This document shows, piece after piece, positions 49,968-61,084 of a stretch of DNA of 64,000 bases. Source of the stretch: an uncultured delta proteobacterium (GTDB lineage Bacteria > Myxococcota_A > Polyangia > Polyangiales > Polyangiaceae); the NCBI GenBank assembly GCA_963850305.1, contig CAWKKR010000008.1:160001-224000 (forward strand). The letters are read 5' to 3'. Both the position numbers and the translations under genes were made by a program. The notes below the pieces were generated by a model that worked only from the letters and a program-made list of their open reading frames with translations, did no database searches and was not told the DNA's origin. Within the stretch, counting starts at the first letter, position 1; each line of letters starts with the position of its first letter.

Positions 49968-50025
49968 CACGGTTTCGGCAACGATCGGCCACGAAAAGCC
50001 GAGCGCTGGATATCCGAGGTAGCGG

Positions 50026-50053
50026 TTGACCGGTAAGGGTGGGTGGTTAAGTT
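50026..50053 (+). promoter_or_regulatory. Candidate promoter for dnaK
   Basis: TTGACC-16 nt-TAAGTT upstream of the GGAG RBS and ATG at 50091. Confidence 0.4.
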
Positions 50054-50090
50054 GCCGGCAAATTCGGCGAAAGGGAACCGGAGAAGACAC

Positions 50091-52005
50091 ATGGGCAAGA
50101 TCATCGGCATCGACTTGGGCACGACGAATAGCGTCGTCGCGGTGATGGAAGGGAAGGACCCGAAGGTCATCGTGAACGAGGAGGGAGCGCGCCTGACGCC
50201 GTCGGTCGTTGCTTGGGACGACAAGGGAGAGATTCTCGTCGGCACCATCGCGAAGCGTCAGGCGGTGACTAATCCCGAGAACACCGTTTACTCCTCGAAG
50301 CGCTTCATCGGACGAAGGTACGAGGAGGTGACTCAAGAGGCGGAGCGCGTTCCGTTCAAGGTCACCAAGGGCAAGAACGGAGACGCATGGATTTCCGCGC
50401 GCGGGAAGGAGATGGCTCCGCCCGAGGTGAGCGCCAAGGTCCTCCTGAAACTGAAGAAAGCGGCGGAGGACTATCTGGGTGAAGAAGTGAAGGAGGCGGT
50501 CATCACGGTTCCCGCCTACTTCAACGACGCGCAACGCCAGGCGACGAAGGACGCCGGGCAAGCATCGCCGGCCTCGACGTGAAGCGCATCATCAACGAGC
50601 CGACGGCGGCGGCGCTCGCGTACGGTCTCGACAAGAAGAGCAACGAGGTCATCGCCGTCTACGACTTCGGCGGAGGCACGTTCGACATTTCGATCCTCGA
50701 GGTAGGCGACAACGTCGTGCAGGTCATCTCGACCAACGGCGACACGCACCTCGGCGGCGACGACGTGGACATTCTCATCATGGACTATCTGATCCGGCGA
50801 ATTCCGGAAGGACACGGGCATCGACGTCGGCAAGGACAAGATGGTCATCCAGCGCCTGAAGGATGCCGCAGAACAGGCGAAAATCGAGCTCTCGAGCAAG
50901 CAGGAGACGACGATCAATCTGCCGTTCCTCACCGCGGACGCGAGCGGCCCGAAGCACCTGCAGAAGACGCTCACGCGCGCGAAGCTGGAGCAGATGATCC
51001 GGCCGCTCATCGACCGCACGATGGAACCCGTGAAGAAGGCGCTCGCGGATGCGAAGAAGTCGCCGAGCAACATCGACGAGGTCGTCCTCGTCGGCGGCTC
51101 GACGCGCATCCCGCTCGTGCAAGAGACGGTCATCAAGTTCTTCGGAAAAGAGCCGCACAAGGGCGTGAACCCGGACGAAGTGGTGGCGGTCGGCGCGGCC
51201 GTCCAGGGCGGCGTGCTCTCCGGCGACGTGAAGGACGTCGTCCTGCTGGACGTGACGCCGCTCTCGCTGGGCGTGGAGACGCTAGGTGGCGTCATGACGG
51301 TCATGATCCCGCGCAACACGACGATCCCGACGCAGAAGAAGGAGATCTACTCGACGGCAAGCGACAGCCAGCCGTCGGTCGAGATCCACGTGCTGCAGGG
51401 AGAGCGTGCCGAGGCGCGCTACAACCGGACGCTCGGGCGCTTCCATCTCGACGGACTTCCGCCCGCTCCGCGCGGCATCCCCAAGGTGGAAGTGACATTC
51501 GACATCGACGCGAACGGCATTTTGTCGGTCGCCGCCAAGGACATCGCGACGGGCAAGGACCAGCGCATCACGATCACGGCGAACAGCGGTCTCCAGGAGA
51601 AGGAGATCGAGCGCATGGTGAAGGAAGCGCAGGAGCACGAGGAAGAGGACAAGCGTCGGCGCGAGGAAGTGGAACGCCGGAACAAGCTCGACAACCTTTG
51701 CTACCAGCTCGAAAAGCAGATCGCCGACAACAAGGACAAGCTCTCCGGCGTCGATCTGGGCAGCGTCGAAGCGCTCATCAAGGAGGGCCGCGAAGCCCTC
51801 GAGAAGCAAGACGACGCAAAGGTCGGCAGCGTGCTCGAACGGCTCGAGAAGGAGGCCCACACGATGGCCTCGAAGCTTTACGAGCAATCGGGCGGACCGC
51901 CGCCGGGCGCCGGGGGCGCGGCTCCCGGGGGGCGACCGACGGATGCGGGCTGGCGGCAAGAAGAAGGGTGACGTGATCGACGCCGAGTTCGAAGAAGGCG
52001 CGTAA
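50091..52005 (+). CDS. dnaK: Chaperone DnaK (Hsp70), three apparent frameshifts (about 50560, 50795, 51950)
   Basis: [48 protein letters not shown]-terminal [10 protein letters not shown] ending at 52005. Confidence 0.96.
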
Positions 52006-52235
52006 GCGAGCGGCGCTTGCTTCGAGCACGGGGGCATCTGCGCGCTCTCGCTCCTCGCCGTACTTCCCCGTACGGCTCCGGGGCTCACCCGCGCAGCTAC
52101 CCCCGCGGTCTTCGCAATCGCCGCTCCCTTCGTCGGTGACTCCTTCGTCCACCGCCGCTTCGGCGCCCTCTCGCTCCTCGCCGCCTTCGCGATCACCGGC
52201 CCGCCACCTCGCCTGACGGCGCTATAGTCGCGTCG

Positions 52236-53414
52236 ATGCGGTCGGCGGGTTGCGTCGTGGTGGGGGGCGGACCGTCAGGGATCGCCACGGCCTTGTTTCT
52301 GGCGAGCGCCGCGCCGGAGTTGCGAGAACGCATCGTGGTGCTCGAAAAGGAGCGGTACCCGCGGGAGAAGATCTGCGCGGGCGCCGTGGGACGCCGCGCC
52401 GATAGGTTGCTCGCGACGATCGGCGTGATGGTGAACGTGCCGCACGTGCCGATCTCCGGCCTTGCCGTGCGCGCGCTCGGCGAGAGGCGGGTCGTGCGCG
52501 ACGAGGTGGGTGGGCGCGTGGTGCGGCGCGCGGAATTCGATCATGCACTGGCCGCGAGCGCCGTGCGCCGCGGCATCGAAGTGCGCGATGGCGTCAGGGT
52601 GACGGCCCTCACCCCCGTCCCCGACGGATGGCTCGTCGGTACGAGCGCAGGAGAGTTGCGGGCGGACATCGTCGTGGGCGCCGACGGCGCGGGGAGCTTC
52701 GTCCGCAGGGCGGTACGGTTACCTGCGAGCCGGTACCTCGGACAGGCGGTGGAAGTGGACACCGAGCCCGTTGCGGGCGACTTCCAGCGCGACCTCCTCG
52801 CGTTCGATCTGACGCGTCGCGATCTGCCCGGTTACTTCTGGGATTTTCCGACGATCGTCGGCAGCCGAAAGCTCGTGTGCCGCGGCGTGTACGTCGTGAA
52901 GCAACGCGGTGAGATCACGCCCGAGATCGATCACGTGCTCGCCGAGGAGCTCGCCGCGCGGGGGCTCGTCCTCTCGCATTATCGCAAGCGGCGATATGCG
53001 GAACGCGGCTTCCATCCCGGTTCCACCATCGCGCGCCGCCGCGTGCTCCTCGTCGGTGAAGCCGCAGGCATCGATCCGGTCACGGGCGAGGGCATCGCGC
53101 AGTGCATCCAGTACGGGGCCGTCGCCGGAACGTACCTGGCGCGAAAGCTACGCTCGAAAGACGTCGACTTCGCCGACTGGGCAGCGACCGTCAGACGAGG
53201 TGCGGTCGGAAGGGACCTCGGGGTTCGCTCGCGTCTCGTCGGGCTGGCGTACGGACGGCACCGCGCCGAGGTCGAGCGCTTCCTGTTCGAGAACCCCGAC
53301 TTTCTCAGGCTTGGCTTCAGGCATTTCGGAGGCCTCACGTTGCCTCGAAGTGCGGTGGCACGTGTCGCGACGACGGCCGCCCTCCGAGTCGCTCGCGCCC
53401 TCGCTTTCGAATAG
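52236..53414 (+). CDS. FAD-dependent oxidoreductase, geranylgeranyl-reductase-like
   Basis: VVGGGPSG, YPREKICAG, GADGAGS, LVGEAAGIDPVTGEGI. Confidence 0.88.
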   Translation: MRSAGCVVVGGGPSGIATALFLASAAPELRERIVVLEKERYPREKICAGAVGRRADRLLATIGVMVNVPHVPISGLAVRALGERRVVRDEVGGRVVRRAEFDHALAASAVRRGIEVRDGVRVTALTPVPDGWLVGTSAGELRADIVVGADGAGSFVRRAVRLPASRYLGQAVEVDTEPVAGDFQRDLLAFDLTRRDLPGYFWDFPTIVGSRKLVCRGVYVVKQRGEITPEIDHVLAEELAARGLVLSHYRKRRYAERGFHPGSTIARRRVLLVGEAAGIDPVTGEGIAQCIQYGAVAGTYLARKLRSKDVDFADWAATVRRGAVGRDLGVRSRLVGLAYGRHRAEVERFLFENPDFLRLGFRHFGGLTLPRSAVARVATTAALRVARALAFE

Positions 53415-53459
53415 CAACGCCTCTTCAACCCGAGCTGAGGGCGGGCTACGGTGACCGGC

Positions 53460-55355
53460 ATGTCGATAACTCGGTTCGTTGGAGCTGCGTGCGCCTTGCT
53501 GAGTACCCTCTCCGGATGCGGAGGGTCGAAGCCCGAGCCAGTGGCCGTTCCCGCGGCGCAGCCCCCCGCCGCTCCGGCACCAGCCCCCATCGTTGCGCTG
53601 GAGCCCGCGACCGCACCTCCCGGCCTCTTTGCAATCGGACGCATCACGGACGCTTCGAAGCTCGCGGACACGGCGATCCTGTGGTCCGGGCTTCCCACGA
53701 ACTGGAGAGACCTCCTCACAAAAGAAGTTCCTGGGTTCGATCGCATTGCGGCGCTGGGTGCCCCGATCGACTTTGCCGCCGCGCTCGACCCGGCGTCCGA
53801 AGCGCCGCGAGTCTTTCGCGCGTTCGCATTCGGAGTCGGATCAGTGGATGCGGCAGCATCGTTCTTTCGCGGACAGGGGTATCACGTTGCTGCGGACTCC
53901 GGCGGCTACCGGATCGAGAACGGGACGCTCGCGTGCCTCGATGTCCCCGCGCTCGGCGCGTCACCGGCACGAGTCGTGTGTTCCGACGAAGCCGATGGTG
54001 TGAACGCGCTTGCTCCATACATGGCGCGCGGCCTGCCATCCGAGTCTTTCGGGGCGTCCGAGGTGCACATCCACGTCCTCGCAGCGCCGTTTCGAAAGCG
54101 GTACTCGACGCAGCTCATGCTCCTCCGGACGATGGGCGTCAGCGTCGCGCTCCGCGAGCTCTCGCTCGATTATCCGAAATTCGATCGCGCGCTCAGCGAC
54201 GTTCTTTACCCGCTCGCCGACGAGCTCATCGCACTCGGGGCAGACATCGATCGTCTCGACCTCGACATGACCCTGACGCCGAATTCGGACGCGCTCGATA
54301 CGAACTTCGTCTTCGCTCTCGACGGCCAGCAGTCGTTCACCGGGCAGGCCCTGGCGCGATCCGCCGGAAAGGGCGGACCCGCCCCGGACATTTTCTGGAG
54401 GCTTCCTGGTGATGCCACGGGGGCGACGTACTCCGCCTATTCCGACGGCGCTCGTCTTCGAGGGATCGCCTCGTCGCTTCGGGCGCTCCTCGTGGGCTGG
54501 CTCGATTACGAGCAGCTTTCGGACGTGCGCCAGGCCGCGCTGGGACAGGCCTTCGAGGATATGCTGACGCTCGACGCCCATAGCGCCTACGCAACCCTGC
54601 CGATCCTCCCATCGAATGTGACGGGGTCGACGAGCCCGGCCGATCGCATGCGGCAAACCATTCAGGCCTCGCTCAGCGGGGGCCTCTTCATCGTCGATCG
54701 AAACGGGGATCGCTTCACTCGATTCGCGTCGGAGCTCGTGAAGTCGCTCGACGACAAGGGCTTCCGAGCTCACCTAGTGAAATCGAAGCTCGTCCGCGCG
54801 GAACAGATTCCGACCGCCCGGGAGCGCGGGCCCAGGCTGGCCAAAGGGCTGCCGAGCGGAACGAAGGTCTTCGAGTTCACCCTGCCGGGCGACGCCTTCG
54901 GGGAGACCGACGCCCTCGAGGCGCCGTCGAAGGGAAAGAAGCGCGCAGCCGCGCAGCCGCTCTCGGTCTTCTTCGTCGCGGTCCCCGACGGTTCGTCGAC
55001 CTGGTTCGGATACAGCACGGACGAGAAGGCCATCGAGGACAGACTCGCGGGTCTCCGTGCCGGAACTGCCAGTCGCCTCGACAAGCGCGACGGCCTGGCT
55101 TCTCTCAGGTCGGACACGGCGCTGACCGCCGGGTTCTCCACGCTCGAAGCACTGTCGGCCAGCCTCGCCGCAGCCGGCGATTTCGGCATGGACGCCTTTT
55201 CGCATCTTCCCCATCACGGCGAGACTCCGATGCTCTGGCACACCACGAGCGACGCGCGAGGGCCGCGAGCGACGTGGACCGGACGCATTCCGAAGGAAGT
55301 CGTCCAGGATGCCGTGGCGCTCGCCGCCACTGCCGCCACTCACCTCGGTAAGTAA
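53460..55355 (+). CDS. Large hypothetical lipoprotein
   Basis: Lipobox LSG-C; about 630-aa ORF with normal composition. Confidence 0.78.
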   Translation: MSITRFVGAACALLSTLSGCGGSKPEPVAVPAAQPPAAPAPAPIVALEPATAPPGLFAIGRITDASKLADTAILWSGLPTNWRDLLTKEVPGFDRIAALGAPIDFAAALDPASEAPRVFRAFAFGVGSVDAAASFFRGQGYHVAADSGGYRIENGTLACLDVPALGASPARVVCSDEADGVNALAPYMARGLPSESFGASEVHIHVLAAPFRKRYSTQLMLLRTMGVSVALRELSLDYPKFDRALSDVLYPLADELIALGADIDRLDLDMTLTPNSDALDTNFVFALDGQQSFTGQALARSAGKGGPAPDIFWRLPGDATGATYSAYSDGARLRGIASSLRALLVGWLDYEQLSDVRQAALGQAFEDMLTLDAHSAYATLPILPSNVTGSTSPADRMRQTIQASLSGGLFIVDRNGDRFTRFASELVKSLDDKGFRAHLVKSKLVRAEQIPTARERGPRLAKGLPSGTKVFEFTLPGDAFGETDALEAPSKGKKRAAAQPLSVFFVAVPDGSSTWFGYSTDEKAIEDRLAGLRAGTASRLDKRDGLASLRSDTALTAGFSTLEALSASLAAAGDFGMDAFSHLPHHGETPMLWHTTSDARGPRATWTGRIPKEVVQDAVALAATAATHLGK

Positions 55356-55408
55356 GTCCCTAAGTGACGAAGTTGGCCGGGTCCTGAGGGACTCGGTACG
55401 AACGACTC

Positions 55409-57220
55409 GTGGTCGTTGAACTGCGGTTCGCACGAGCTCTCGCGGTCATTCTGATGCTGCTCGCCGTCGCGCGGCCGGCTCGAGCCTGGGTGGAGCGCGC
55501 CGTCAAGAGCGACTCCGCCACCGTGGACGTCGATCGCGACGGGTCTGCCGTCGTGACGCACGAAATCCTGCTGTGGGTGCGCGGCGGACCGCTCCCCGAA
55601 ATCACGGTGGCCCCCATCGACGCGGACGCGGAAATGATGGATGGCGCGACCGCGGTCCGTGCGGAGAGCGGTCGCGCTGCCGGGTTTCCGGTACCCCTGT
55701 CTCCGACCAGGCAAGACACGCAGCTCGAGCTCCACGTCCTAGGAGAGAAAGGCCTTCGAAGCGGGACGTATCTGATCCGCTTTTCGTATCGAACCCATCT
55801 TTCGACCGGGGATCACGTGCACACGACGCCTTCGGGGACGATTCTCGAGTGGCGCGGACCGAGCTTCGACGACGGTATCGACTCGGAGCGGGTGGTGTTC
55901 CGCGTTCCCCCCGGGAACGTTCCGTTGCGACTTCCGTCGACGGCCGGCGGCGACGAGACGCTGGCGGACGACGCGCGCGGCGTGTTCCTGAGCTCCTACC
56001 GCCGCACCTCGGACAAGGACGAGCTCGAAGTAGTCCGGCCTCACGTCGCGAAGGGCGAGATTGTCTCCTGGCGCGTCGCCGTGGACGCGTCCGCCCTGGA
56101 CATCGCGGCGCCGCCCGGAGCGGCGGAGCCCGCGCCAGTCCACCCGGCATCGGTGATCCAACCAGCCCCGAGGTCCAGACCGTCGCCGGTTCCCTATGTC
56201 GTCGCCGGGCTTCTCGGGATTTTGTTTGGTGGCGCGGTTTTGAAGAAGGCACTCTCGATTGCCTCGGCATGTCGTGAGCGTCGCGCCACGCCGCGATCGC
56301 TGGTGCTGCTCGCTCCGGCGTTCCGCGCGGTCCTCGGTGCCACCGGGATCCTCTCCGCGACCGCCATGGTCCTGTCGAGCGCGCCGCCGATCCTCGCCGC
56401 GGTGAGTCTCTTCGTGGCCATTGCCGCAGCGATAGAGCTGCCGCCGCGAGCGATCGCGCCGCTGCGAGGTCCAGGCAAGTGGGTTCGTCTGTCGCCGGAG
56501 AGCGCGTTCGACGACACCGGGAAGGCCCCGATGTCGGGCTTCCTGGACGCGGGCACGTGGCTCGGGTTCGTGCTGTTCCTGGCGTTACTCGCCGGATTCG
56601 TGGCGACCGCGATCGTGGTCATGCGTCACTCCGACTATTACGGACTGTCCGTCGCGCTCGCATCGTCGCTCCTGTTTCCGATCTTCTGCACCGGCAGAGT
56701 GTCCGATCTGCCGCAGGATCCGGCCCGAGCTCCCGCAGATCTGCTGGAGTTCCTGGACGAGACCCTCGCCAGGGATGCGAGACTGACCAGCCACCCCCTA
56801 GGCCGCGTACCGCACGGCGGCGACGATCATGACGAGCTGCGATTGTTCGTGGCGCCGAGGCGCCCGCTGGCCGGCTTCGTTGCGATCGAGGTCGGCCTCG
56901 ACGCGCACCAGGGGGCGCTCGGACTGCTGCCGCTCCCCTTCATCCTCGTGCGCGTGAGCGATGGCTCGCCCGCGGCGGACGCGTTGCCCAAGGGCCTCCT
57001 GTGGACTCGCGGGCGCAACGCCGACGAGCGGGTCGCGGTCCTGCGACCGAAATTGCCGACGCGGCGATTGACGGCGCGGCTCGTGTCCGAGATCGGAAGC
57101 CGGCTCGCGATCGTGAAGCCCGTCCGAGTTCACTCGCCGAGTAGCGCGCCGAGATCCTCCGGTAAAGGATCCGTCACGGCAAACCCGGCAACGGCGTCGT
57201 CCCCCGTCCACGCCACGTAG
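55409..57220 (+). CDS. Membrane protein with DUF2207-like periplasmic N-terminus
   Basis: Signal peptide; ERAVKSDSATVDVDRDGSAVVTHEI pattern; five TMs. Confidence 0.65.
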   Translation: MVVELRFARALAVILMLLAVARPARAWVERAVKSDSATVDVDRDGSAVVTHEILLWVRGGPLPEITVAPIDADAEMMDGATAVRAESGRAAGFPVPLSPTRQDTQLELHVLGEKGLRSGTYLIRFSYRTHLSTGDHVHTTPSGTILEWRGPSFDDGIDSERVVFRVPPGNVPLRLPSTAGGDETLADDARGVFLSSYRRTSDKDELEVVRPHVAKGEIVSWRVAVDASALDIAAPPGAAEPAPVHPASVIQPAPRSRPSPVPYVVAGLLGILFGGAVLKKALSIASACRERRATPRSLVLLAPAFRAVLGATGILSATAMVLSSAPPILAAVSLFVAIAAAIELPPRAIAPLRGPGKWVRLSPESAFDDTGKAPMSGFLDAGTWLGFVLFLALLAGFVATAIVVMRHSDYYGLSVALASSLLFPIFCTGRVSDLPQDPARAPADLLEFLDETLARDARLTSHPLGRVPHGGDDHDELRLFVAPRRPLAGFVAIEVGLDAHQGALGLLPLPFILVRVSDGSPAADALPKGLLWTRGRNADERVAVLRPKLPTRRLTARLVSEIGSRLAIVKPVRVHSPSSAPRSSGKGSVTANPATASSPVHAT

Positions 57221-58047
57221 CTTGCGTGCAGCGCGTGGCGCGCGCCAAGGGCCGGCACGGCCGGGCCTCCGTAGAGCGCGTCCCCCGCGATGGGGTGCCC
57301 GGCGTGCGCCAGGTGCGCTCGCACCTGATGCCGGTAAGCATGATTCAGCTCGATCTCGACGAGCGCCCAGCCATTCCGGCGAAGGCCGGTCCGGAATCGC
57401 GTCGGGGCGCCGCGCGAAGCCATCGCCGCTACGACGCGCACGAGACGCGGATCCTCGGGGTGCGGCTCGAGCGCGGTGTCGATGACGCCCTCGTCTTCGA
57501 GCGCGCGATCCTGGACGATCGCGAGATAACGTTTCGTGATGTCGCCCCGCGACAGGGCGGCGCGGAGACGCACAAACGCGTCCGCGTCGCGCGCCGCGAC
57601 GATGAGGCCGGACGTTTGTGTATCGAGACGGTGAATCAACCCGGGCTCACGCGCGCGATACCCTACACCGTCCATCTCCGGGTAGCGCCCGAGCAAGGCG
57701 GCGGCGAACGTACCCTCCTCTCCGAAGCGCAGGGGAACGGCGGGCTGCCCAGCGGGCTTCCGCGCGACGATCACCCTCGGCGCTTCGAGCCGAACATCGA
57801 TCGGCGCGAGCGGCTCCCCACGGATGGGCGTCGCGTCGGCGCCGAGCGAGATCTCGCTGCCGGAACGCGCACGGTCGCCTTTGAGAGCGCGCCGTCCGTC
57901 CGCACGCACGACTCCTCGCTCGAAGAGCGCCGAGATCGCGCGGCGGCCCAGAGTCTTGGCGCGCCGACCGACGACCTTGTCGAGACGCTCGCCCTGCTCG
58001 TCCGGACCGACGATGAACGTGAGGAACGGCGCGACGCCTTCCGTCAC
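57130..58047 (-). CDS. RluA-family pseudouridine synthase with S4 domain
   Basis: GERLDK, KPAG, IHRLDTQTSG, KRYLAIV, HQVRAHLAHAGHPIAGDALYG, LHA. Confidence 0.92.
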   Translation of the reverse strand: MTEGVAPFLTFIVGPDEQGERLDKVVGRRAKTLGRRAISALFERGVVRADGRRALKGDRARSGSEISLGADATPIRGEPLAPIDVRLEAPRVIVARKPAGQPAVPLRFGEEGTFAAALLGRYPEMDGVGYRAREPGLIHRLDTQTSGLIVAARDADAFVRLRAALSRGDITKRYLAIVQDRALEDEGVIDTALEPHPEDPRLVRVVAAMASRGAPTRFRTGLRRNGWALVEIELNHAYRHQVRAHLAHAGHPIAGDALYGGPAVPALGARHALHASYVAWTGDDAVAGFAVTDPLPEDLGALLGE

Positions 58048-59462
58048 CAAGTTCCGGCGACCCCGGCGCCGGTGACGGGCGTGCTCGTCCCATCCGGCTT
58101 CGTCACGGCGTCGATCACGCCCATCATGGGCACCAGACTCGGCATGCTCCGCGCGCTCTGAGTCTCGCGAACGGACGACGTGGTGAAAACTCCGATGCCC
58201 GCGCCGACGAAGGTGCCGAGCGCGATGCTCGATAGCCAGAGACGATTGCGCGTGGGCCCGACGTTGTCGCCGAACACGAGGGGGCTCGCGACGGCGGCGC
58301 CGGTCAGCGCGCCGAGCCCGGCGCCGAGGTCTATCAGCAGCACCCGTGATGGGGCCTGCGGCGGCGTGAACCGAGCGAGGGCCCCCATGAGTACCACGCC
58401 GGACATGGCGCCGATCCCCAGGCCGCGGGTTGGAGAGACGTCCGTCTGTCCGTGCACGATCAAGTCCGCAACACCGCCAAGCATGGTTCCGAATGCTCCG
58501 CCGGAATGGGTCATCAGTGCTCCGCCCTCGCTCATGTCGCCGAACGTGAGCGCTGTGGTCGCAAGTCCGAGCCCGATGGCACCCGCGGTGGCGCCGTACA
58601 GAAAGCGACGGTCCGCGTCCTCGTGCCGCATCACGAGGAGGGAACCAAAGACGGGCCACCAGATCCCCGCCGACAGGTACCAGGCGTCACCGATGCTCAC
58701 GTCCCATTCATCCGCGAGGATCATGGAGCCGCCCAGACCGATGCCGGTCCCGAGCGCGATGAGCGGGTACGTCAACCGCGGATCGCTGGAACCGCCGGCG
58801 CGCTGCAGCGAGTACCCGACATAGCCGCCGAATGCGGCAGCGTTCAGCGCGAGCACCGCGCGGCCGGGCGAGCGGGTTTCATGGACGACCGTGCCCTCGT
58901 CCGCGCGAGGGGGGAGCGGGGCCGCCGCCTGCGCGGGCGCTCCCGCGGCGCGCACCAGGTCTCGCATCATGAGCACCGTACGAACCTCGAGCTCCGTCGG
59001 CTTGACGTCCTCGCCGCGCACGAAGAGCACGGAGCCGTCGGGCGGGACCGCGACGATCCGTACGGTGAGGTTCGTGTGGTCCATGGCGATGCGCGGCGAG
59101 AAGACCCATCGCGTCTTCGCTTCTTCCACGAGCGCCGCCTCGGACGGCGACGACAGTTTGGGGTCCGGCCGCGCCGAAACGTCGACGGTGAGGCCAAGAT
59201 CCTCGGCTGCGCCGACGACGACACAATCTAGCTGTTGCGCCAGCACCGAAAGCTCGCGTTCGGCCTCCGGATCCGGCTTGTGCAGCGCCGGACACACGAC
59301 GCATTCCGCCACGGGAGTCACCACGGGGAGAACTACCGCGTCGGAATCCTTGGCTTGCACGTTCTTCGCCACGAACAGGGTCGCGACGAGGAGCGCGCCG
59401 TAGCCCAGAGCTGGGGCGTTCCCGGGAACGTTCAAGCTGTTTCGGCGCCTGGTCTTCGCCAT
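58044..59462 (-). CDS. Hypothetical exported/membrane protein with Gly-rich hydrophobic helices
   Basis: Signal-like N-terminus; repeated GxxxG hydrophobic segments; GTGA-coupled to the RluA gene. Confidence 0.7.
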   Translation of the reverse strand: MAKTRRRNSLNVPGNAPALGYGALLVATLFVAKNVQAKDSDAVVLPVVTPVAECVVCPALHKPDPEAERELSVLAQQLDCVVVGAAEDLGLTVDVSARPDPKLSSPSEAALVEEAKTRWVFSPRIAMDHTNLTVRIVAVPPDGSVLFVRGEDVKPTELEVRTVLMMRDLVRAAGAPAQAAAPLPPRADEGTVVHETRSPGRAVLALNAAAFGGYVGYSLQRAGGSSDPRLTYPLIALGTGIGLGGSMILADEWDVSIGDAWYLSAGIWWPVFGSLLVMRHEDADRRFLYGATAGAIGLGLATTALTFGDMSEGGALMTHSGGAFGTMLGGVADLIVHGQTDVSPTRGLGIGAMSGVVLMGALARFTPPQAPSRVLLIDLGAGLGALTGAAVASPLVFGDNVGPTRNRLWLSSIALGTFVGAGIGVFTTSSVRETQSARSMPSLVPMMGVIDAVTKPDGTSTPVTGAGVAGTW

Positions 59463-59481
59463 GAGCCGCGCCGGAGCTTCA

Positions 59482-61050
59482 CTAGAACATCACGACGGCG
59501 TTGATCCACGCGTCCCAGATCGTCGAGTCGTCCAGGCGGAAACGGCGGCCTGGCGAGTCGATGACGGCGCGATAGTTTGGATTCGGGATACCGGTCGCCG
59601 TGAAGGCACCCGTGGTAGTGGCGCTGTTCGAGCGGCACGGGCCGGCAGCCCCGACGCTGCTCGCGAAGGCCGGATTGCACGGCTGGTCAAACGTGATGAC
59701 GTGACCCTGTTCCGCGGTGAACGCGCCGCCGACGTTGAACTTCACATACTCACCCGCCTGGAACGTGACCGCCGTGCTGAACGTGTAGATACCGTACTGC
59801 TGCACGTCCGTGATGCCCGTCATGTAGACCTGCTCGGAGCTCGGATTCACGACGGATGGATAGGCGCTGTTCGGTCCCGCCTGGAACGAAGCAAAGTTCG
59901 GCCGCCGCAGCGACGGAGCGTCCGAGCTCCCGAGCGCGTCGAAGAGGGGCGAGTAGTCGCGACCCTCCGAGCGATACGTACCCTTCGCCCGCAGATCGAT
60001 CTGAATCCGCTGATATTGATCGCGGACCTCCCACGGCGTTATCGCCATTCCGCCGACGAGGGTGCCCTGAAACGGCGGGTGATTGACGAGCGAGCCCTGA
60101 AGATCCGTGGCTCCGAAATCGCTGCTGGCATTCTGAAACTCGAACAACGCGACGAAGCCCATGTACGGTTCGATGTACTTGATCCGCTTCGATACGTAGG
60201 TGTGCGCCTCGAGCCCTGTCGTGCCTCGACTCACACCCGGCGAGCGGCCGCCGCTGAAATTCGTTCCCTCGAGCTGCACGGAACCGCCGCTGGGCGTCGG
60301 GACGGCTGCGATGTCTCCCGCCTTGCCGTCGCGGTTGACGTCCGACGGGTACGCGCACTTTTGCTGTGTGCCGGCGATGTTCAGGCCTGCCGCGTTCCCG
60401 CACGCGTGCATCGGCTCCGAGACGCTGAACCGTCCCTCGACGCCCAGGGTCCAGGTCGGCTTCGTCGCGTCACGTGTCTGATTGAACGGGGACGCGTCCA
60501 GGCCGATCGCGAGGTATTCGATGCCGCTCCGGGTCGGTGAGCTGAACGGCAGGGAGAACAACTGCTCCCCGGGCGCGCCGGCCGTCGCCAGCGCCTGGCT
60601 GGCCGGGCCGCCCATTCCGGCGAGCTTCTGATCGTCCGAGAGGATGACCGGGAGCCTCACGATGAGCGCGATGTCCTTGTAGAGCCCGATGTCGGCTCGT
60701 GTGTTCAGCCGGCTGATGCTCTCCGTGTACTTGGCGACACCCAGGTTCGACGCGGTGAAACCACCGCTCGAATACTGCGCCAAGCTGCTCGATGTTTCGC
60801 GATTGATCGTGCCGCTCTTCCAGGACTGCTCGAAGCCGAGCGACAGATGAAGGTCGAATTTGTCGTTATCGTCGAACGCGTCGACGACGTCCGTCACCTC
60901 GGCAGGCTCGTCCATGACGGACGGCTCCGTCACCTTGCGAGGCTCCTCCGCGCGCGCGACCCTGCCGGCGCCCGAAAGCGTCACGAGGGTCGCCAAGGTA
61001 ACGGCGGTGCGCGCCGAAGCAGGGTGTCTCATGCGAGAGTGGGATCTCAT
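59482..61050 (-). CDS. Hypothetical outer-membrane beta-barrel protein
   Basis: Signal peptide, amphipathic strands, C-terminal Phe (WINAVVMF). Confidence 0.75.
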   Translation of the reverse strand: MRSHSRMRHPASARTAVTLATLVTLSGAGRVARAEEPRKVTEPSVMDEPAEVTDVVDAFDDNDKFDLHLSLGFEQSWKSGTINRETSSSLAQYSSGGFTASNLGVAKYTESISRLNTRADIGLYKDIALIVRLPVILSDDQKLAGMGGPASQALATAGAPGEQLFSLPFSSPTRSGIEYLAIGLDASPFNQTRDATKPTWTLGVEGRFSVSEPMHACGNAAGLNIAGTQQKCAYPSDVNRDGKAGDIAAVPTPSGGSVQLEGTNFSGGRSPGVSRGTTGLEAHTYVSKRIKYIEPYMGFVALFEFQNASSDFGATDLQGSLVNHPPFQGTLVGGMAITPWEVRDQYQRIQIDLRAKGTYRSEGRDYSPLFDALGSSDAPSLRRPNFASFQAGPNSAYPSVVNPSSEQVYMTGITDVQQYGIYTFSTAVTFQAGEYVKFNVGGAFTAEQGHVITFDQPCNPAFASSVGAAGPCRSNSATTTGAFTATGIPNPNYRAVIDSPGRRFRLDDSTIWDAWINAVVMF

Positions 61051-61084
61051 CGGACGCTCGGCCCGTAGTAGCCGACGCTACCGG

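Noticed and set aside
50555..50800. Programmed frameshifting in dnaK
   Set aside because: No slippery heptamer or stimulatory structure; scattered indels elsewhere point to sequencing error.
52010..52215. Repeat ctctcgctcctcgccg at 52045 and 52168 as another 21n element
   Set aside because: Spacing is 123 nt, not a multiple of 21, and there are only two copies.
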